Assembly (NCBI RefSeq): GCF_964194155.1
Contig: NC_135917.1
Location: 8,556,001-8,620,000 of the forward strand
Source: Cetorhinus maximus
Taxonomy: Eukaryota
Length of the DNA stretch: 64,000 bases
Direction: 5' to 3'
Shown here: positions 26,370-39,894 of the stretch, one piece after another
How the letters are laid out: the number at the start of each line of letters is the position of its first letter
Position numbering within the stretch: the stretch's first letter is position 1
Position numbers and translations under genes: made by a program
Notes under the pieces: generated by a model
The model's input: the letters and a program-made list of their open reading frames with translations, nothing else
Told to the model about the DNA's origin: nothing
Database searches by the model: none

Positions 26370-26960
26370 AATAGGAAACTTGGAAGTAGGGGGTTTCCCA
26401 GACGTCCTACAGAAATTACCAGGACATATATCAAATGCCTTGACCAGTTTTCCTGTATAACAGCCAGTTGGATGGGAAAAACTGTGGTGGAAGGATGCGG
26501 AGGAGGAGTAGAGAGTGGGTTGGGAGACATGGAGGGAGGAAGAGAGAGAGGGAGGTCTGGGGGAAAGAAATCATAGGGGGAAGATAACATGGATGTGGGG
26601 AGAGATAGTGGGAGAGATCAGGGGGAGTCGGCGATCATGGACCTGGAAGCAGGGAAGCTTATTGGGCTTGGAGGAAACACTCCTGCTCCTCCTGGCCCAC
26701 AAGCATTGCTGTAAAGGCACTTACCACGTGGATCCAATTCTTCTCACCTCTCTTTACCTGCCTGGTTTCCAACAGCCTGGGAAAACTAGCCAACAGTGAT
26801 TAAAAGAATAGAAACCTTGTTAAAATGGGGGCATGCAACCTCCCTTAAAAGCTTTTGCCGACTGATTCACCTCCTAAGAGTGGATTGGTCGGTCACCTAC
26901 CCGCCATCCTGCCTCCTTTAAAACTGGAAAGTACATGGATTGGGGTCGGGTTTGAGATTC
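26370..26960. repeat. Dispersed non-coding repeat, copy 2
   Basis: Same ordered blocks as 18280-19085. Confidence 0.6.
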
Positions 26961-27204
26961 CTTCTCACTCGACGGGACTCTATCCAAATAAACTCAAGCA
27001 GCGATGCTGGGTGTAAATGAAAGGTAGCATTGCAGAATTCTATTACTTTTGTGTGCTGTGTATAGGTGGTGCACACTTTCAAGTTGGTCATTTCGTTCTT
27101 AGAGATGTCTCCCAAATCACTGTCAGGAGATGCCTCCTATGTATCGTTTATTTTGCGATAGATACTTGAAAATCACATTTGACAGCGCAGCAAGGAAAGA
27201 AATA

Positions 27205-27625
27205 GAACTTGCATTTTTATAGCACCTTATTAAATCCTCAAAACATCCTCAATCCTTTAGTACTAATGAATTTGCTTTGAAATGTTACACTGGAAAATGT
27301 GACAATGTATTTTCATACAGCAAGGTTCCAGAGACGACAAATGAAAAAAATGACCAAAAAATCTGCTTCTGCTGCCGTTGGTTGTGGGAGAAACACCATC
27401 CGGGATCTTAGAACTTACTTCACTTCTTTGAATAGTGTTGCTGAATCTCTTACAATTAACTGAACAGGCAGTCGCAGCGTCACATCTGAAAAACAGCACC
27501 TCTGACAGGGCAGATCTCCCTCAGTACCGCACTGAAGTCTCAGCCTACAGCATGTGCTCAATTCCTGAAACAGGACAAGAGCCCACGACCGAATGAGTCA
27601 GAGGAGAGTGCCACAAACCCGAGGA
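27205..27625 (-). mobile_element. Deu-domain SINE, diverged
   Basis: Colinear with the 7498-7883 copy (cttgcatttttatagcacc, cagcacctctgacag, cctcagtaccgcactg, tcagaggagagtgcc). Confidence 0.7.
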
Positions 27626-27959
27626 CACTGACACCTGAAAAACCAAGTGACTCTAATTTCCTTGTCAATATATTAAATGCTAGGCTATTTGCTCTATGAT
27701 TTACATTCTGTGAACTATTGGTACGATGTTTGGTATGGAAGAAGACTTCTCTACACAGGTTCAGCAACAAGCACTTCCAGGTCAGGTATAAATTCCCTCC
27801 TCTTCAGCAAGGGACTTGCATTTACCCTCATGAGAGCACCCACTACCCCATCCCAATTTCCAAAACCAGTCACCTTGTGACATCTCTCTGATTGAGATCG
27901 CCTATCTAGTATAATTTTGAGTCAAAATTATGGCCAGTTTAGTGCGACAGATTTTTGCA

Positions 27960-29660
27960 TAGGAAATAGAGAAGTTACAATACAGCAGCAGGCCAATCAA
28001 CCCGACAAATCTGCATCAGTGATTACTTTCCATGTGAGCAAATAGTCCAAATTACATGTGCCTGCCATGTTCCCCTATTTGTTTCCTTGACCTTCATCCA
28101 CCTGTTAAATCTAATCTTGAATGCTGACATAGTTTCCACCTCATCTATTAAACCCAGCAAGTGAATTCCACAGCCTCACAACTGTCAGTGTAAAGACGTT
28201 TATGCTGCCCTCTGTTGTAAGTCTCTCAGAATTAATCGTTCCTCTTATTCTGGAGCTCTCGACTACCGGAAACAGTCTGCTTCTGTCAAACCTGTCTCAT
28301 GCTTCCATGTTGTTAAGCATCAAATCAAATCACCCCATAATCTGCATTATTCTAACAAACGGAGTTCCAATTTTTCTGGTCTATCTTTGTATTTCCTCAT
28401 ACCAGGCCCCACTCAATCAATGTTGTATGTTCTCCTTCCTATAGTTTAGAGCCTAAAATTTCATTAAGATTTTTTAAGTAGCAAAATCAATTTAAGGTGT
28501 TGCCTTTAACATCCTATAAACTTATATACCTAAATCTCTCCAGGCTTCCACAGTATCAGTCTCATTCCATCCAGAACCGAATTACTACTGTTACTTTTTG
28601 CCTTGTCGGGCACTTACTGTCATCGAATTCATCTGCCAATTTTAAGCCTATTTCCCCCATCTTAACTTGCTTTGGTCTGCCAATGAATTAACTATACTTC
28701 CTATGTTGTCAAACTCTTTGTTTCTCTCTCATCAATTTTTAATCAATTTTGCCATTCCCCCCTCCCCCCCTCGCCCCCCCCCCCCTAAATCAAACCCCTT
28801 AATTGTCAAGATATTCTCCTTGGGTGGTACCTTATCAAAGGCTTTCCCAAACTCCATGTACACGACATCATGGCATTTCCCAAATCTACCACGTCTATCA
28901 TCTTGACAAGGGACTTTGAGGTTTCTCAAGCACAGCTGTCCCTTTTTGAAATTCGTGCTGGCTAATGCTAACTATGTTTCTCTTTATCCAGATGTGGCAA
29001 TTTCACTCTTGTTTTAATTTCCCCTATCACAGATGTTAAGCTGTAATTATCTGGATTAGCACTGTCTCCCTTTTATAAAAATGGGTATTACATTGGCTAT
29101 TCTCCAGTCCTCTGACATCCACACCAATACAGTCCTGAAATAGCATTTCTGGGACCTTGGCAACTTCCTCCCTCATCTCCCCCAGGATTCAAGATGCATT
29201 CTGTTGGAGTCTGATGCTTGGTTTTCCTTTAGACTAACTAATTTAGCTAAAATATTCCTAATACCCATCACATCATCTCCATCTCGGCCACTTCAGGATT
29301 CACTTCCTCTCGGGCATTCTTCTATTTCATAACAGTCGATGCAAAGTACTTTAATACCTCTACCATTTTCTGACCATCACCCATAAACTGACAACCTTCT
29401 TTACTCAGGGATGCCACCTCGCTTTCAATGAGCCTCCTTTCACTGATATATTTGTAAAATCCTATACTTTTCTTTTTGACTTCTTTCAAATTTTTCCTTC
29501 CTTTCCCTCTTAATGTTCCTTATCTTGCTTGTAATCTTTTTAAAAATTTTCTGTCTCCTTTAGCTGTGTCATTATTATTGTTCTTCTATTCCTTATAGGC
29601 GCCCTTCATCAACTTTAATTGATTTCTAATCTCCTTATTTATCCTTAAACCTGAAACTAC
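27960..29660 (-). mobile_element. Decayed CR1 LINE
   Basis: Minus ORF 28732-28929 has DVVYMEFGKAFDKVP; 3' UTR-like end near 27960. Confidence 0.7.
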
Positions 29661-29707
29661 TCATATTTTCCTTTATTTCTGAAGTAAAGTCCTTGGCCTG
29701 AAACATT

Positions 29708-29801
29708 GAGTGAGATTTTCCAGCCCTGACAACGGCTCTCCAAATTTTCCCGTCCCACCTGCGATGCTGTCTGCCGATGGCGGGGCTGGAAAATCCCAGC
29801 A
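29708..29801. mobile_element. Tourist/Harbinger-like MITE inserted in a Penelope terminal repeat (29670-29870)
   Basis: TIR GATTTTCCAGCCC / GGGCTGGAAAATC; flanks ATT/GTT; splits the GAAAC(G/A)TT-AACT motif of the repeat. Confidence 0.75.
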
Positions 29802-30332
29802 GTTAACTTTGTTTCTGTCTCCACAGATGCTGCCTGAACTGCTGGGTATTTCCAGCATTTTGTTTTTGTTCTAGTAATTTTCTTTTTGTAAAGAAATAGT
29901 ATATACTTGGGACACCTTTTGTATTTTTTTTATATAAAATATTTCACAGTTGCTCTCCAACTCAGTCTACCCATTTCTCCTTTCACTTACAGCTCGCTCA
30001 CTCCTCAGCTATCTAAGATCTGCCCTATTTGAATCTGGTGCCCATAAGAAACTGGGGTGCAACTGCTCAAACCTACTTTACATGGGACCTGTAAAAGAAT
30101 GAACTGTCACTGAGAGTGAAGAGGCACTTTGAAGGAACTTCTGTTCACAAGATAGTTGATAGAGTATAGGGTGCCTTTGACATGAGCTGATGAGGCAAAC
30201 ATCAGTGCATGTTTTAAGAGAAGCATAGATAACCATTTGAAGCAGATGAATAAACAAGACTTTGAACAGAAAACAGAGTAGTTGGAATCCTTTTGAATTG
30301 CTCCAGAAAAAAGCCAGAACAGAAAAATGCTT

Positions 30333-30508
30333 TGCAAAAGCAAAGTACTGCAGATGCTGGAAATCTGAAATAAAATTACAAAAATGCTGGAAAACTCAGC
30401 AGGTCAGCAGACAAAAGGTCATCTTAATCTGAAACGTTAACTCCGTTTCTCTCCACAGATGCTGCCTGACCTGAGTATTTCCAGCATTTTTTAAAAAATT
30501 TATTTCTG
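30333..30508. mobile_element. Inverted pair of Penelope terminal repeat fragments
   Basis: aaatgctggaaaactcagcaggtcagcag and ctgcctgacctgagtatttccagcattt form an inverted repeat. Confidence 0.8.
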
Positions 30509-30539
30509 AAAAATGCTCTGAATGGTCTTCCTCTGCTCC

Positions 30540-31760
30540 ATAGGAGTAGGCCATTCAGCTCCTCGAGTCTGCACCACCGTTCACTAGGATCATGTCTGAG
30601 TTTCTACATTAACTCCACGTTCCCACCATAACCCTTGATCCCCCGTAGTGCCCGACACCCTATCAATCTCAGTCGTGAATACTGAGCATTCATAGCCCTC
30701 TACAGAAGAGAATTCAAAATATTCACAAGCTTTTGAGTGAAGAACTTCCTCCTTGTCTCAGTCCTTATTGGTTGACCCCCTTATTCTAAGACTGCGTTCT
30801 AGATTCCCCAGCCAGGGAAAAATGCTCAGCATCAACCCTGTTAAGCCCTCTATGAATTTTAGACATTTCAATGAGATCACCTCTCAGTCTTCTAAACTCC
30901 GGAGAATATAGGCCCATTTTGGTCAGTCACTCCTCATAGGACAGCCATGTCATCCCAGGAATCAATCTGGTGAACCTTTGTTGCACTCCCTCTAAGGCAA
31001 GTATATCCTTCCTTAGTTCAGGGGACCAAAACTGTACACAGTCCTCCAGATGCGATCTCGCCAAAGCAGCAAATCTTCCTTACTCTTAAACTCCAAACCC
31101 CTTGCATTAAAGATCAACGTACCATTTGCCTTCCTAATTGCTCGTTGTATCTGCATGTTTACTTTCTATGACTTGTGCACAAGGACACCCAAATCTCTTT
31201 GAATACCAACATTTCCTAGTCTCCCAACATTTTTAAAAAAAACTGCTTTTCCATTCTTCATACCAAAGTGGATAATTTCACGTTTCTCCACATTACACTC
31301 CATCTGCCCTGTCTTGCCCACTTAATTTGTCTATATCCCTTTGCAGCCTCTATGTCCTCCTCACAACTTGCGTTGTCACCTAGCTGTGTAACATCAGCAA
31401 ATTTGGATATATTACACTCAGTCCCATCATCTAAGTCCTTGATATGGATTATAAGTGGCTAAGGCTCAATCACCGATGACTCACTCCACTAATTACATCC
31501 TGCCATCCCAAAAGTGACCCATTTATTCCAACTCTCTGCTGTTTCTCCATTAACCAAAGCTCAATCTATGCTAATATATTACCACCAATCCCATGAGCCC
31601 TAATTTTGTGTAATAACTGATGGCATAGCATCTTATTGAAAGCCTTTTGAAAATCCAAATATACAACATCCACTGGCTCCCCATCATCCACCCTCAAAAT
31701 ATTAATACGTTTGTCAAACACAAATTCCCTTTCATAAAACTGTGCTCTGTCTAATCATAT
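30540..31760 (-). mobile_element. CR1 LINE, 5'-truncated
   Basis: Reverse complement of CR1 ORF2 (gccttttgaaaatccaaata = YLDFQKAF; catcagcaaatttgga = SKFAD) and 3' UTR. Confidence 0.85.
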
Positions 31761-31799
31761 TGTGCTATACACCTCTGAGTTTGTGTCATCTTACATCAT

Positions 31800-32180
31800 G
31801 GGATTGGGGTGTGGAAGGGACGGGGTGGGGGGGGGAAGGCAACAGTTAAGGAGAGAAAGAGTTGGGAAGAGAGTGAGTTAGGGAGGAAGGGGAAGAGAGG
31901 GGCAAGAGGAGATAAAGGATGAGGAAGGACAGAAGAAACAGACAAGCAAGGTGAGAGATAGGAGGGGCAGGTGGGCACATGAGGGGAGATACAGAAGGGG
32001 CGGTAAAGCGAGGGAGTGACACAGAAGGGGATAGCGAGAAAGAAACAAAGGCAGGGAGGAAGAAAGGGCAAGTGCAAGGGAGGAAGGAAGGTGAGAGTGA
32101 TAAAGGCAATGTGGATGAGAGAGAGAAGGCTGAAAGGAGAGAATGAGATCAGGAGTGAGGAGCAGCATTTAGGGAGGGCA
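31800..32180 (+). repeat. Purine-rich (GA) low-complexity tract
   Basis: About 380 bp strongly G/A-biased; the source of the spurious Pro/Leu/Ser-rich minus-strand ORFs. Confidence 0.85.
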
Positions 32181-34124
32181 GAGAAATCAAACTGAGCTCA
32201 AGCAGTGACAGGCAGAAAGGTGTGCAAAGTCAGCTGCCTGTCAGGTGGTCTATTTTGAGAGTAGCCACGTTGTATATACAGCCAGTTTCTAGTTTACTGT
32301 ACAGATGGCTCTGCATTTATTCCCCCCATTTGTGCTCACATCATAATTGTTCAGAAATTATAAAATTACTGTTCCAGACGTGCACACAAAACAAAAAATG
32401 AAAACCATTTTGATTATAATTTTACAATTAATAATTTGGTACTGTCTAATATATTCAGCACTTCAATCTCCTAAATATTTCAGGACATTTTTTTCTATAA
32501 TTTTTCTGTCAGAATTCACTGGCCAGATTTGGTCTAACTCTCACCAAAAAGGGTCCTAAAAATATCAGATGAAAGTGAATACCTCTTGCTATTGTACTTT
32601 GCTAAAACATCTCACAAATGCAATAAAATATTAATGGGAACAAACAGGATTACTTAATTCAAGGATGCATGGCTATGCATTAAATTATTGTCAAAAAAAC
32701 TGACATTTGTCAGCTTAGATGATCTCAAAATGTATGAAAACTGAAATGATACTTCCAGCAATTTTACATTTCACACATAATCTTGTATTAAATGAACAAG
32801 TTGCGTCTTCAGAAAACAAAATTAAATGACCATCCTATTACAAGCGTGAAAGCTGAACACCTCCTACCCAAAGATTGCTGCTAAAGATTAATCTAAACTA
32901 GCAGGGCTAAGTGGCAAATGTTGCTATGCCAGCAAACTTGCCAGTCATTTTTTCTGTATCCACCTTGGGTCAATACCATGGCTGATCAGGATTCTGTTGG
33001 TAAAGGACTGGGATTTATATAGCACCATATCAAATCTCTCAAGTGATATTGTATGTGAAGCACTTCAAAATGATCTCCTCTGAAGTGCTGTGACTCATGT
33101 TTTGTAAGGTCCCATGGCAACCATTCTACACACAGCAAGATCACACCAGCAGCAATGGAACAAGCAATTGACTGTTTTTGGTGGTGTTATTCGAGGGAGG
33201 AATGTTGACCAAAACATTGAGAGAACATCCACTTGGACAGCCAGGCTGCACCTCAGGATACTGTATCACTATAGGAATAAGATAGCGTGCTTTCATTGTG
33301 CACCATCATTAATGGTACATGTGGACTTTAGGGCCTAGTGGCTATCAGGAATCCATTGTGTGCAATGTAAATATCACAGGAAATAGCAGATTATGAAAAA
33401 TGCTTCATAAATCATCAATGACATGATTGCAGGGATTTGTATAAATCTCACTATCCAACTCTCTGCCACTGTATGTTCTGTCCTATCCAAGGTAAAAAAA
33501 ATCAAGCTCATCCATACCGTAGTTCAGGTTTCTAGATTTGATGGATAGAATTTTTGTTAGCACTTTGACACTTCTGTTTATGGACACATGGAAGGAAGAC
33601 AGATTTGAAACTGATAAACTGACAGTTCCCACCAGCTCACGATAGCAAAAAGCACACTTTCCCTTTCCTCTGTGCTACAATGACAATCACTATGCATACT
33701 CTCAATATGCCACAACAAAAAGACAAATGGCACTTCCTGTAAATCTCTCCAGCTGGCACAATGAGTTCATAGAGAGCCAACAGCTAAGCCACACTGACCA
33801 GGCAGGTCCCGCATTCAGACCCCAGTATGTGTTGAGTTAACTCAACCAGGTAGTATTAGGGCTATGACAACTGACCTCAGTGCCTCGGGGATCTGGAAGG
33901 AAAAAAAATTGCAATCCAACAACTCTGCTGGAAATGGGTGCATACAATTCTGCCATGATTCTCCCAAATAGTCAAATGGCCTGCCAACACTTGCAGCTCA
34001 TGAGGTGTAAGTCAGGATCAAGCTCTCACTTAGACATAATGCCATTAGGAGACCAGGTTTATCATGTGAATGGATATTCTTACAAAAATATGCACAAATA
34101 TAATAAACTTTTAAGTCTTTCTTT

Positions 34125-34440
34125 TTTTTGTTAATTTACAGGATGTGGGCGTTGCTGGCTGGGCCAGCATTTATTGCCCATCCCTAATTGCCCTTGAGAA
34201 GGTGGTGGTGAGCTGCCTCCTTGAACTGCTGTAGTCCATGTGGTGTAGGTACACCCACAGTGCTGTTAGGGAAGGAGTTCCAGGATTTTGACCCAGCGAC
34301 AGTGAAGGAACGGCGATATATTTCCAAGTCAGGATGGTGAGTGACTTGGAGGGGAACTTGCAGGTGGTGGTGTTCCCATCTATCTGCTGCCCTTGTCCTT
34401 CAAGGTGGTAGAGGTCATGGGTTTGGAAGGTGCTGCCTAA
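34125..34440 (-). mobile_element. HE1-partner (HER1-like) LINE 3' end
   Basis: ggatgtgggcgttgctggctgggccagcatttattgcccatccctaattgcccttgagaagg..., near-identical to copies at 46.2-46.5, 48.8 and 60.1 kb. Confidence 0.85.
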
Positions 34441-35179
34441 GTGCTTTTGAGGTTCTTTTCCCTAGAGGTGTGGCAGACTACAAGTACACCATCAGAGCTG
34501 GGCCCACCCCAGTCATTTCCTCAACTGTGTGGATATTTTTGTAGAGTTTGTGTCAGGAGACATGTTGCTGCCTGCAGAGATCATGGGTTTAGATGAGGGC
34601 AGGCACTGCACTGCGCCTATAAGGATCTTATTTAAAGAGTCGGAATTTTATCAAGAAGTAGCGGAATGACTATTTTTGTTTAAAAGAAAGTCCATTTTAC
34701 TGTGACTTTTGTTGGTGGCCTTGGGGAGGGAACAGGAAGTAAAGATGGATCTGGAGAAAGAACTGGACAACCTGAAGGACACTGTAGTTAGGGCAGGATC
34801 AGAGAAGGAAATGGATCACCTCGGACAGAAGAGCAGCATGACAGGAATATCAGGAAGGAATGCAACAGCCATGGAAAGAGAGAAATGGCTAGCCTCAGAA
34901 AGGAAGAGTGGCCAAACCACCTCAGAAAGGGAAATGAACAGCTTCAACGAGGCAAACAAAAGTGACGGCAACTTCAGAAAGGGATGCAGCAGCTTTAGAA
35001 CAAAGAAGGGGTTGCTTGAGGGTGGAAGCAAGTCAAGATAACTTTAAGCAAGAAAACAATCCAGAGAGGGAAACTGTGGTCAGGGTGGCAAGAGAGGAAA
35101 ACAGATAGTGTCAAGAAGTGGAAAAGGAGGTCAGGGTACATAACTATCTATAATGAGCTAACAGATTTCATTCCAAGTC

Positions 35180-35670
35180 AGAATGCTGCCATTATAAAAA
35201 GAGTACAAATCCTATTTTTACTCTACATTTGATCTACATTGGCTTCCGATCAAGCAACATCTTGATTTTAAATTCTCATCCTTGTTTTCAATCCCTCCAT
35301 GGCCTCGCCCCTCCCTATCTCTGTAATCTCCTCCAGCCCCACAACGCTCCAGGATCTCAGCACTCCTCCAATTCTGACCTCTTGAGCATCCCCGATTTTA
35401 ATTGCTCCATCATGGTAGTTGTGCCCTTAGCCTCCTGGGCCCTAAGCTCTGGAGCTCCCTCCCTAAAACTCTCTACCTCTCTACCTCATTTCCTTCCTGT
35501 AAGACGCTCCTTAAACCAACCTTAAACTACCTCTTTAACCAAGCTCTTGGTCATCTGACCTAATATCTCCTTATGTGGCTTGGAATCATATTTTGTTTTA
35601 TAATGCTCCTGGGAAGCGTCTTGGGTTGTTTTACTCCGTTAAAGACACCATATATATATATATAAGCTTT
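35180..35670 (+). mobile_element. L2 LINE 3' end
   Basis: ctacattggct (LHWL), tccatggcctcgcccctccctatctct, aactacctctttaaccaagc and tail. Confidence 0.8.
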
Positions 35671-35896
35671 TGGTGTATTCATGATGAAGTCTCAAGCTCC
35701 TACAATTTACTTACTGCTGTAACTTTAATTGTGAATGTAATTTCCACATGCAACCCCAAGCCAAACAAATCTGGAACAAAAATCTATGGATAGCCTATAG
35801 ACCCTGCGCAAACACATATAAAACTTACCTAGTTGCTATTTCAAATAAGTCCCTTGTATATGAACTATCTTTCTTCTTTGGTGCAACAAAATTTAT

Positions 35897-36027
35897 GGCC
35901 AGGATTTTATGGCCCCTCCCACCCAGTGGGATATTATAGTCCCGCCAAACTGAATGAATATTTAAATGGCTCACCGCATCCGCCAGGGGGAGGAGACACA
36001 CCGCGGCAGGGCCGTAAAATCCTGGCC
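35897..36027. mobile_element. Tourist/Harbinger-like MITE
   Basis: 19-bp TIR GGCCAGGATTTTATGGCCC / GGGCCGTAAAATCCTGGCC (one mismatch). Confidence 0.8.
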
Positions 36028-37639
36028 CATATTTCTACCATCTCCTCCCCCATCTAATAAAGTGGAGGGGTGATGGGGGAGAAACCCTCCATCATCTAGA
36101 GATTTATATTTAACTCAGTGAATAAGTCTATCCATCAAATTCAACAGAACATTTTTATCTGAGATGATGGGATCATTTTCTGGTAATATATAATTGCAAA
36201 AGTGTGAATACCCTGCCTGTTTTCTGATGTGCACAGTTCCCAGCAACCAGCATGTATTCAGAAAATTAAGTAAATCTATTAAGGCCTCCTGCTGACCTCT
36301 GGAAGACACATCTGTAAGCCAACTCTCACCCTTCTTTGCAACAACCTTTCAGCTGCAAAACATCTGATTTAAGGCAGCCGAGAAAAAGAACAGATTTAGT
36401 GCTCATCAAGGTGAGGGATGCTCATGCTAGAGGATGGAATACTTTCCCATTTTAGGTACTCCGCATCAGAATCAAGCAGTCCCAGCTCAGGTACTTCATC
36501 ATAAAACATGGACGAAAGCTCCCTCTACCCTATTGCAACACTGCTCCTCAGCCCCAAGCACAGAAGGGCACCTCATACTGCACCATTGTGACATTTTCCA
36601 AAACTTAAAACAACAGCCAACTTGGTAATCTTGTGTTGTGGGCCCATAACGCATTGAATAAGCTGGATTCAGTTCAAGAGCAATTCTACTCCAAGCACAA
36701 GTTTACTTAAAAAGAAAACACTGTTCTTGCACAATGGCTATCACACAGCTAGAGCCTCACTTTATTGAGAGGGTACTGCAAAATGTACAAAGTTCTAGGG
36801 GAAACCAGGGGTCAGGGCTTTTCTTGGTGGCGGTGGTGAAGGGTATTTTGCTTCATCTCTACCAAAGTATAAGAAAAAAAGAGAATGCTACTCAGTAGCA
36901 AGTCTCTTGAACCCTAATAGCAGCTCACTGCATTTAATGTTTGGCAGCATGAATAAATAGAAATACCAAATTAAAATTATATTATTGCTGGCTGTAGTCA
37001 TTCATTCATTCTCAGGATCTCAGGATATGTGCAAAGACTTATCTCCCACTGTGTTCCTTCCCTTCTATAAACTTTCAAAATCTAAGTGTACCACCAACCA
37101 AGCACTACTTACTTACTGATTTTACCTAATCTCTTTCCAGCCTTGGCAGTGCCCTGCACCACAGGCCTTGATCGTTCAACCACAGTGAACAGAATTTACC
37201 AAGTGATGTTCCCTGTTCATGTCACTAGAGCAAATCTTCATTACAACATTGAGGTGGAATTCCACACAAAATTTCACTTGCATCAGACCAGTAGATTTCA
37301 GGTAATTGAGAACAAGGAAGGACTGCGTGACACTAGTGAGTGTACAAATTTCTCTCTTTATGATATTTACGATGATCTATCAGCTCAGATGAATGTGGTT
37401 CATTAAACCATGTGGAAGAAAAAACAGATTGTTTGTTTCTTAATGAAGTGTATTTTTGATGGTGTCCAATTTATGGCTCAAGTAACATGGGACACTTGAT
37501 GTGCCGCAGCATGATATACCCTCCCCCAATAAAAGTTACAAGCATATGTCTTATTGGATAAAAAGGGAATGAAAAATCCCAAAATGGGCATCTTTCCAGC
37601 CTCCTCACCTCAGCAAACAAAATTTTCATTCTTTACAAG

Positions 37640-37880
37640 CTCCATTTTGGGCCTCACACAACTATGGTTAATTTATTAGCTTGGCCTTGTATAAAGAGCC
37701 CATTGTCACTGGGAACCAAGCTGAAGAATTGACAACTTGGAAGCAGTTTTGTGCTGCAGGTCCATGCTCACTCAGAACCAGGTGGAGATTGTTCAAATTC
37801 ATTTTAATCTGTACTCTTACAGCCAGCAGAGACTTTCACCCCATCGGTCTGGACTAGATTTGAACCCAGGCCCAATGGTA
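37640..37880 (-). mobile_element. Ancient tRNA-SINE relic resembling LF-SINE
   Basis: Minus strand GGGTTCAAATCTAGTCCAGACCG...GAAAGT..GGCTGT..AAATGAATTTG..CACAAAACT..AGGCCAAG is colinear with the LF-SINE consensus as I recall it. Confidence 0.45.
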
Positions 37881-39610
37881 AAATGACTGCGGAATCTCTT
37901 GATGCTTTGTGTAAAATAAAGTTTGCCAATTGAGTCTTGGTCCTGCTCCACTCAATCCACTGAAAATAAGATTTAAAGTTTTCCTTACCAAGTATTAATT
38001 CTACTCCTTGCATCACTGCAAGTGCCACAGTGTTTTTAGAAAATTGCACTTTGTTGGAAAACAAAATGAAGAGACAACTTCACAAAAGCATAACTCCTAT
38101 CTTATATAGAATAAATCTCAGATCCTCACAATCCTACTCCCACACCCAATTTCCTCTCAAATCCTAGCCACAGGCATAACACATGAACATCCTGATAGAA
38201 AAATGTCCAAATTGAAAAGCAAATGCGTTCAGTTGATGCACTCTAAATTTGTAAAAATTTAGCCATGTTTTGGTCTAATTGACGTCATAGAGGGAAGCAT
38301 TATAAGAAAACAAGGTTACCAGGTCAGAAAGGTCTGAAGAACTTGCCATTATATGAAGAAGAAAGAGCTGGCAGCCCGTCAACTTCAGTTTTCAAATCCT
38401 TTCAATTTGATAGGACAAACATTGCATTTGCCTAATAATGAAAAATATTGCGGGGCCTTGTACTAGGAAGCAGAGAATTTACCATTCTGACGGTACCAAG
38501 CTAATGCTTGCTGTGGCTATTTCATGGAGATCAGCTGGGAGGGAGGAGTTGGGCATGGGAATGGGCAGGGGCGAGGGGAAGCAACAATAATTGTTGCCCG
38601 TTTTTGAATTCCTACATAATGTCACAGTAATAGTGTCAGGGCTAATTTAATTCAAAGTGGATTTTAACATTTACAAAATATATATTTTTATGGGCAGAAG
38701 AAAAAAAGCTAGAGTCTTGTCCCTCATCGCTCCAATTCTCAGTTTAGGAATTGTTTTTTTTTTTCAAAAAATACACCGAATCCTTCATTTTCATCCTGTA
38801 GTGCATGTTGGAGTCCATCATCATTGCTGGGGTAAACTATCATTTCAGGGCCAAAATATTTTATTCCTACTACCAGTAAACATTAAAATGTGGGCCATAT
38901 CACCCAGTGGAAAATATCCTAAGGAAACCAGATGTGGTAAAGCCTTGCATCTGATTTAGCAAAAAATAACCTCCTGTTTTGACTGGTGCATCTATATGTC
39001 TTGCTTCATTGATGGCTGCGATATCATGTGTTATTGTAGTGGTGGGTTCATGTGTTGAGGTCTCATTCATATTTCAGTCAGTAAACTCTTTCCAATGACC
39101 ATCCATCTTAACCCTTTCCTAATAGCTGCAAGCCATATTGGGAACATTAAGCCATATCGGGAACATTACATGACTGCCAATATAAATCAGATAAACACTT
39201 AAAACCAGGAAAAGCATATGCTTTGAGATTGTGACTTTGTAATTGTTACCTCACTGATAATTGAAAACAAAGTATGTGGCCATTGCAAGCCAGCTCTGAT
39301 GGCACTCGGGACAGTGTACAAGGCTCTTCCAAATGGAAGTTGGTTATAGGTCAAGGCTGAGACTGCAAAATTACCACACAAGGGAAATATGATCCAATTT
39401 TCTAAGGTATCAGAATCATAAGACTAAGATTTAGATTTAAACTTAAAACCTGAGACCTATTTCCCCCAAGACAATTATTGTTAGGTGACTGCTAACTTTT
39501 GCAAGTGGAGAACACCAAACTATCCTTACAACCACACTTCTGGCACGTCAATCTGATCTTACAGCTTTCCCCTGCAAAAAGAGCTAGTAACTGTTGTCCA
39601 AGGCACTCAC

Positions 39611-39886
39611 TTTCTGATTTATATAAAAAGGGTCCAAGTCCTCCAATGGTTCAGCAATGCATTTAGAAGGGGGGTCGCCATAGATAAATGGCAAACTTCT
39701 GCCCGCTTCAAGGTCGCTGTTTGGTTTAGGCTTATTTTGATCATCATCATCTCGGTGGCTGCTGTCTTGCTTGGGGGGCTTTTTTTTCTTCTCCTCAGCA
39801 ATCCGCTGCTCAATGATAGCCAAAGACTCGCGGGTGAAAAGGCGGAAACTGTCAGGGCCTGGCGGTGCAAGCATGTGCGCTGCCAT
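39611..39886 (-). CDS. SCN8A: Voltage-gated sodium channel alpha subunit Nav1.6, first coding exon (cytoplasmic N-terminus)
   Basis: Translates [73 protein letters not shown]...[14 protein letters not shown]. The [12 protein letters not shown] start and KKPPK.D.SHR.DD insert are SCN8A-type. ATG at 39886 in strong Kozak context (AAGATGG); donor AAA|GTGAGT at 39610 (phase 0); 276 nt; acceptor AGs at 39946-39945 or 39942-39941. Confidence 0.95.
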
Positions 39887-39894
39887 CTTTTCAT
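39619..39894 (-). other. Out-of-frame upstream ORF overlapping SCN8A coding exon 1 (ATG at -8, 91 codons)
   Basis: Minus strand ...TGCAGG ATG AAAAG ATG GCA...; the upstream ATG (39894, A at -3) stays open to TAA at 39621-39619, 8 nt before the donor. Confidence 0.7.

Noticed and set aside
31796-32168. Three overlapping Pro/Leu/Ser-rich ORFs
   Set aside because: Artefact of a GA-rich low-complexity tract.
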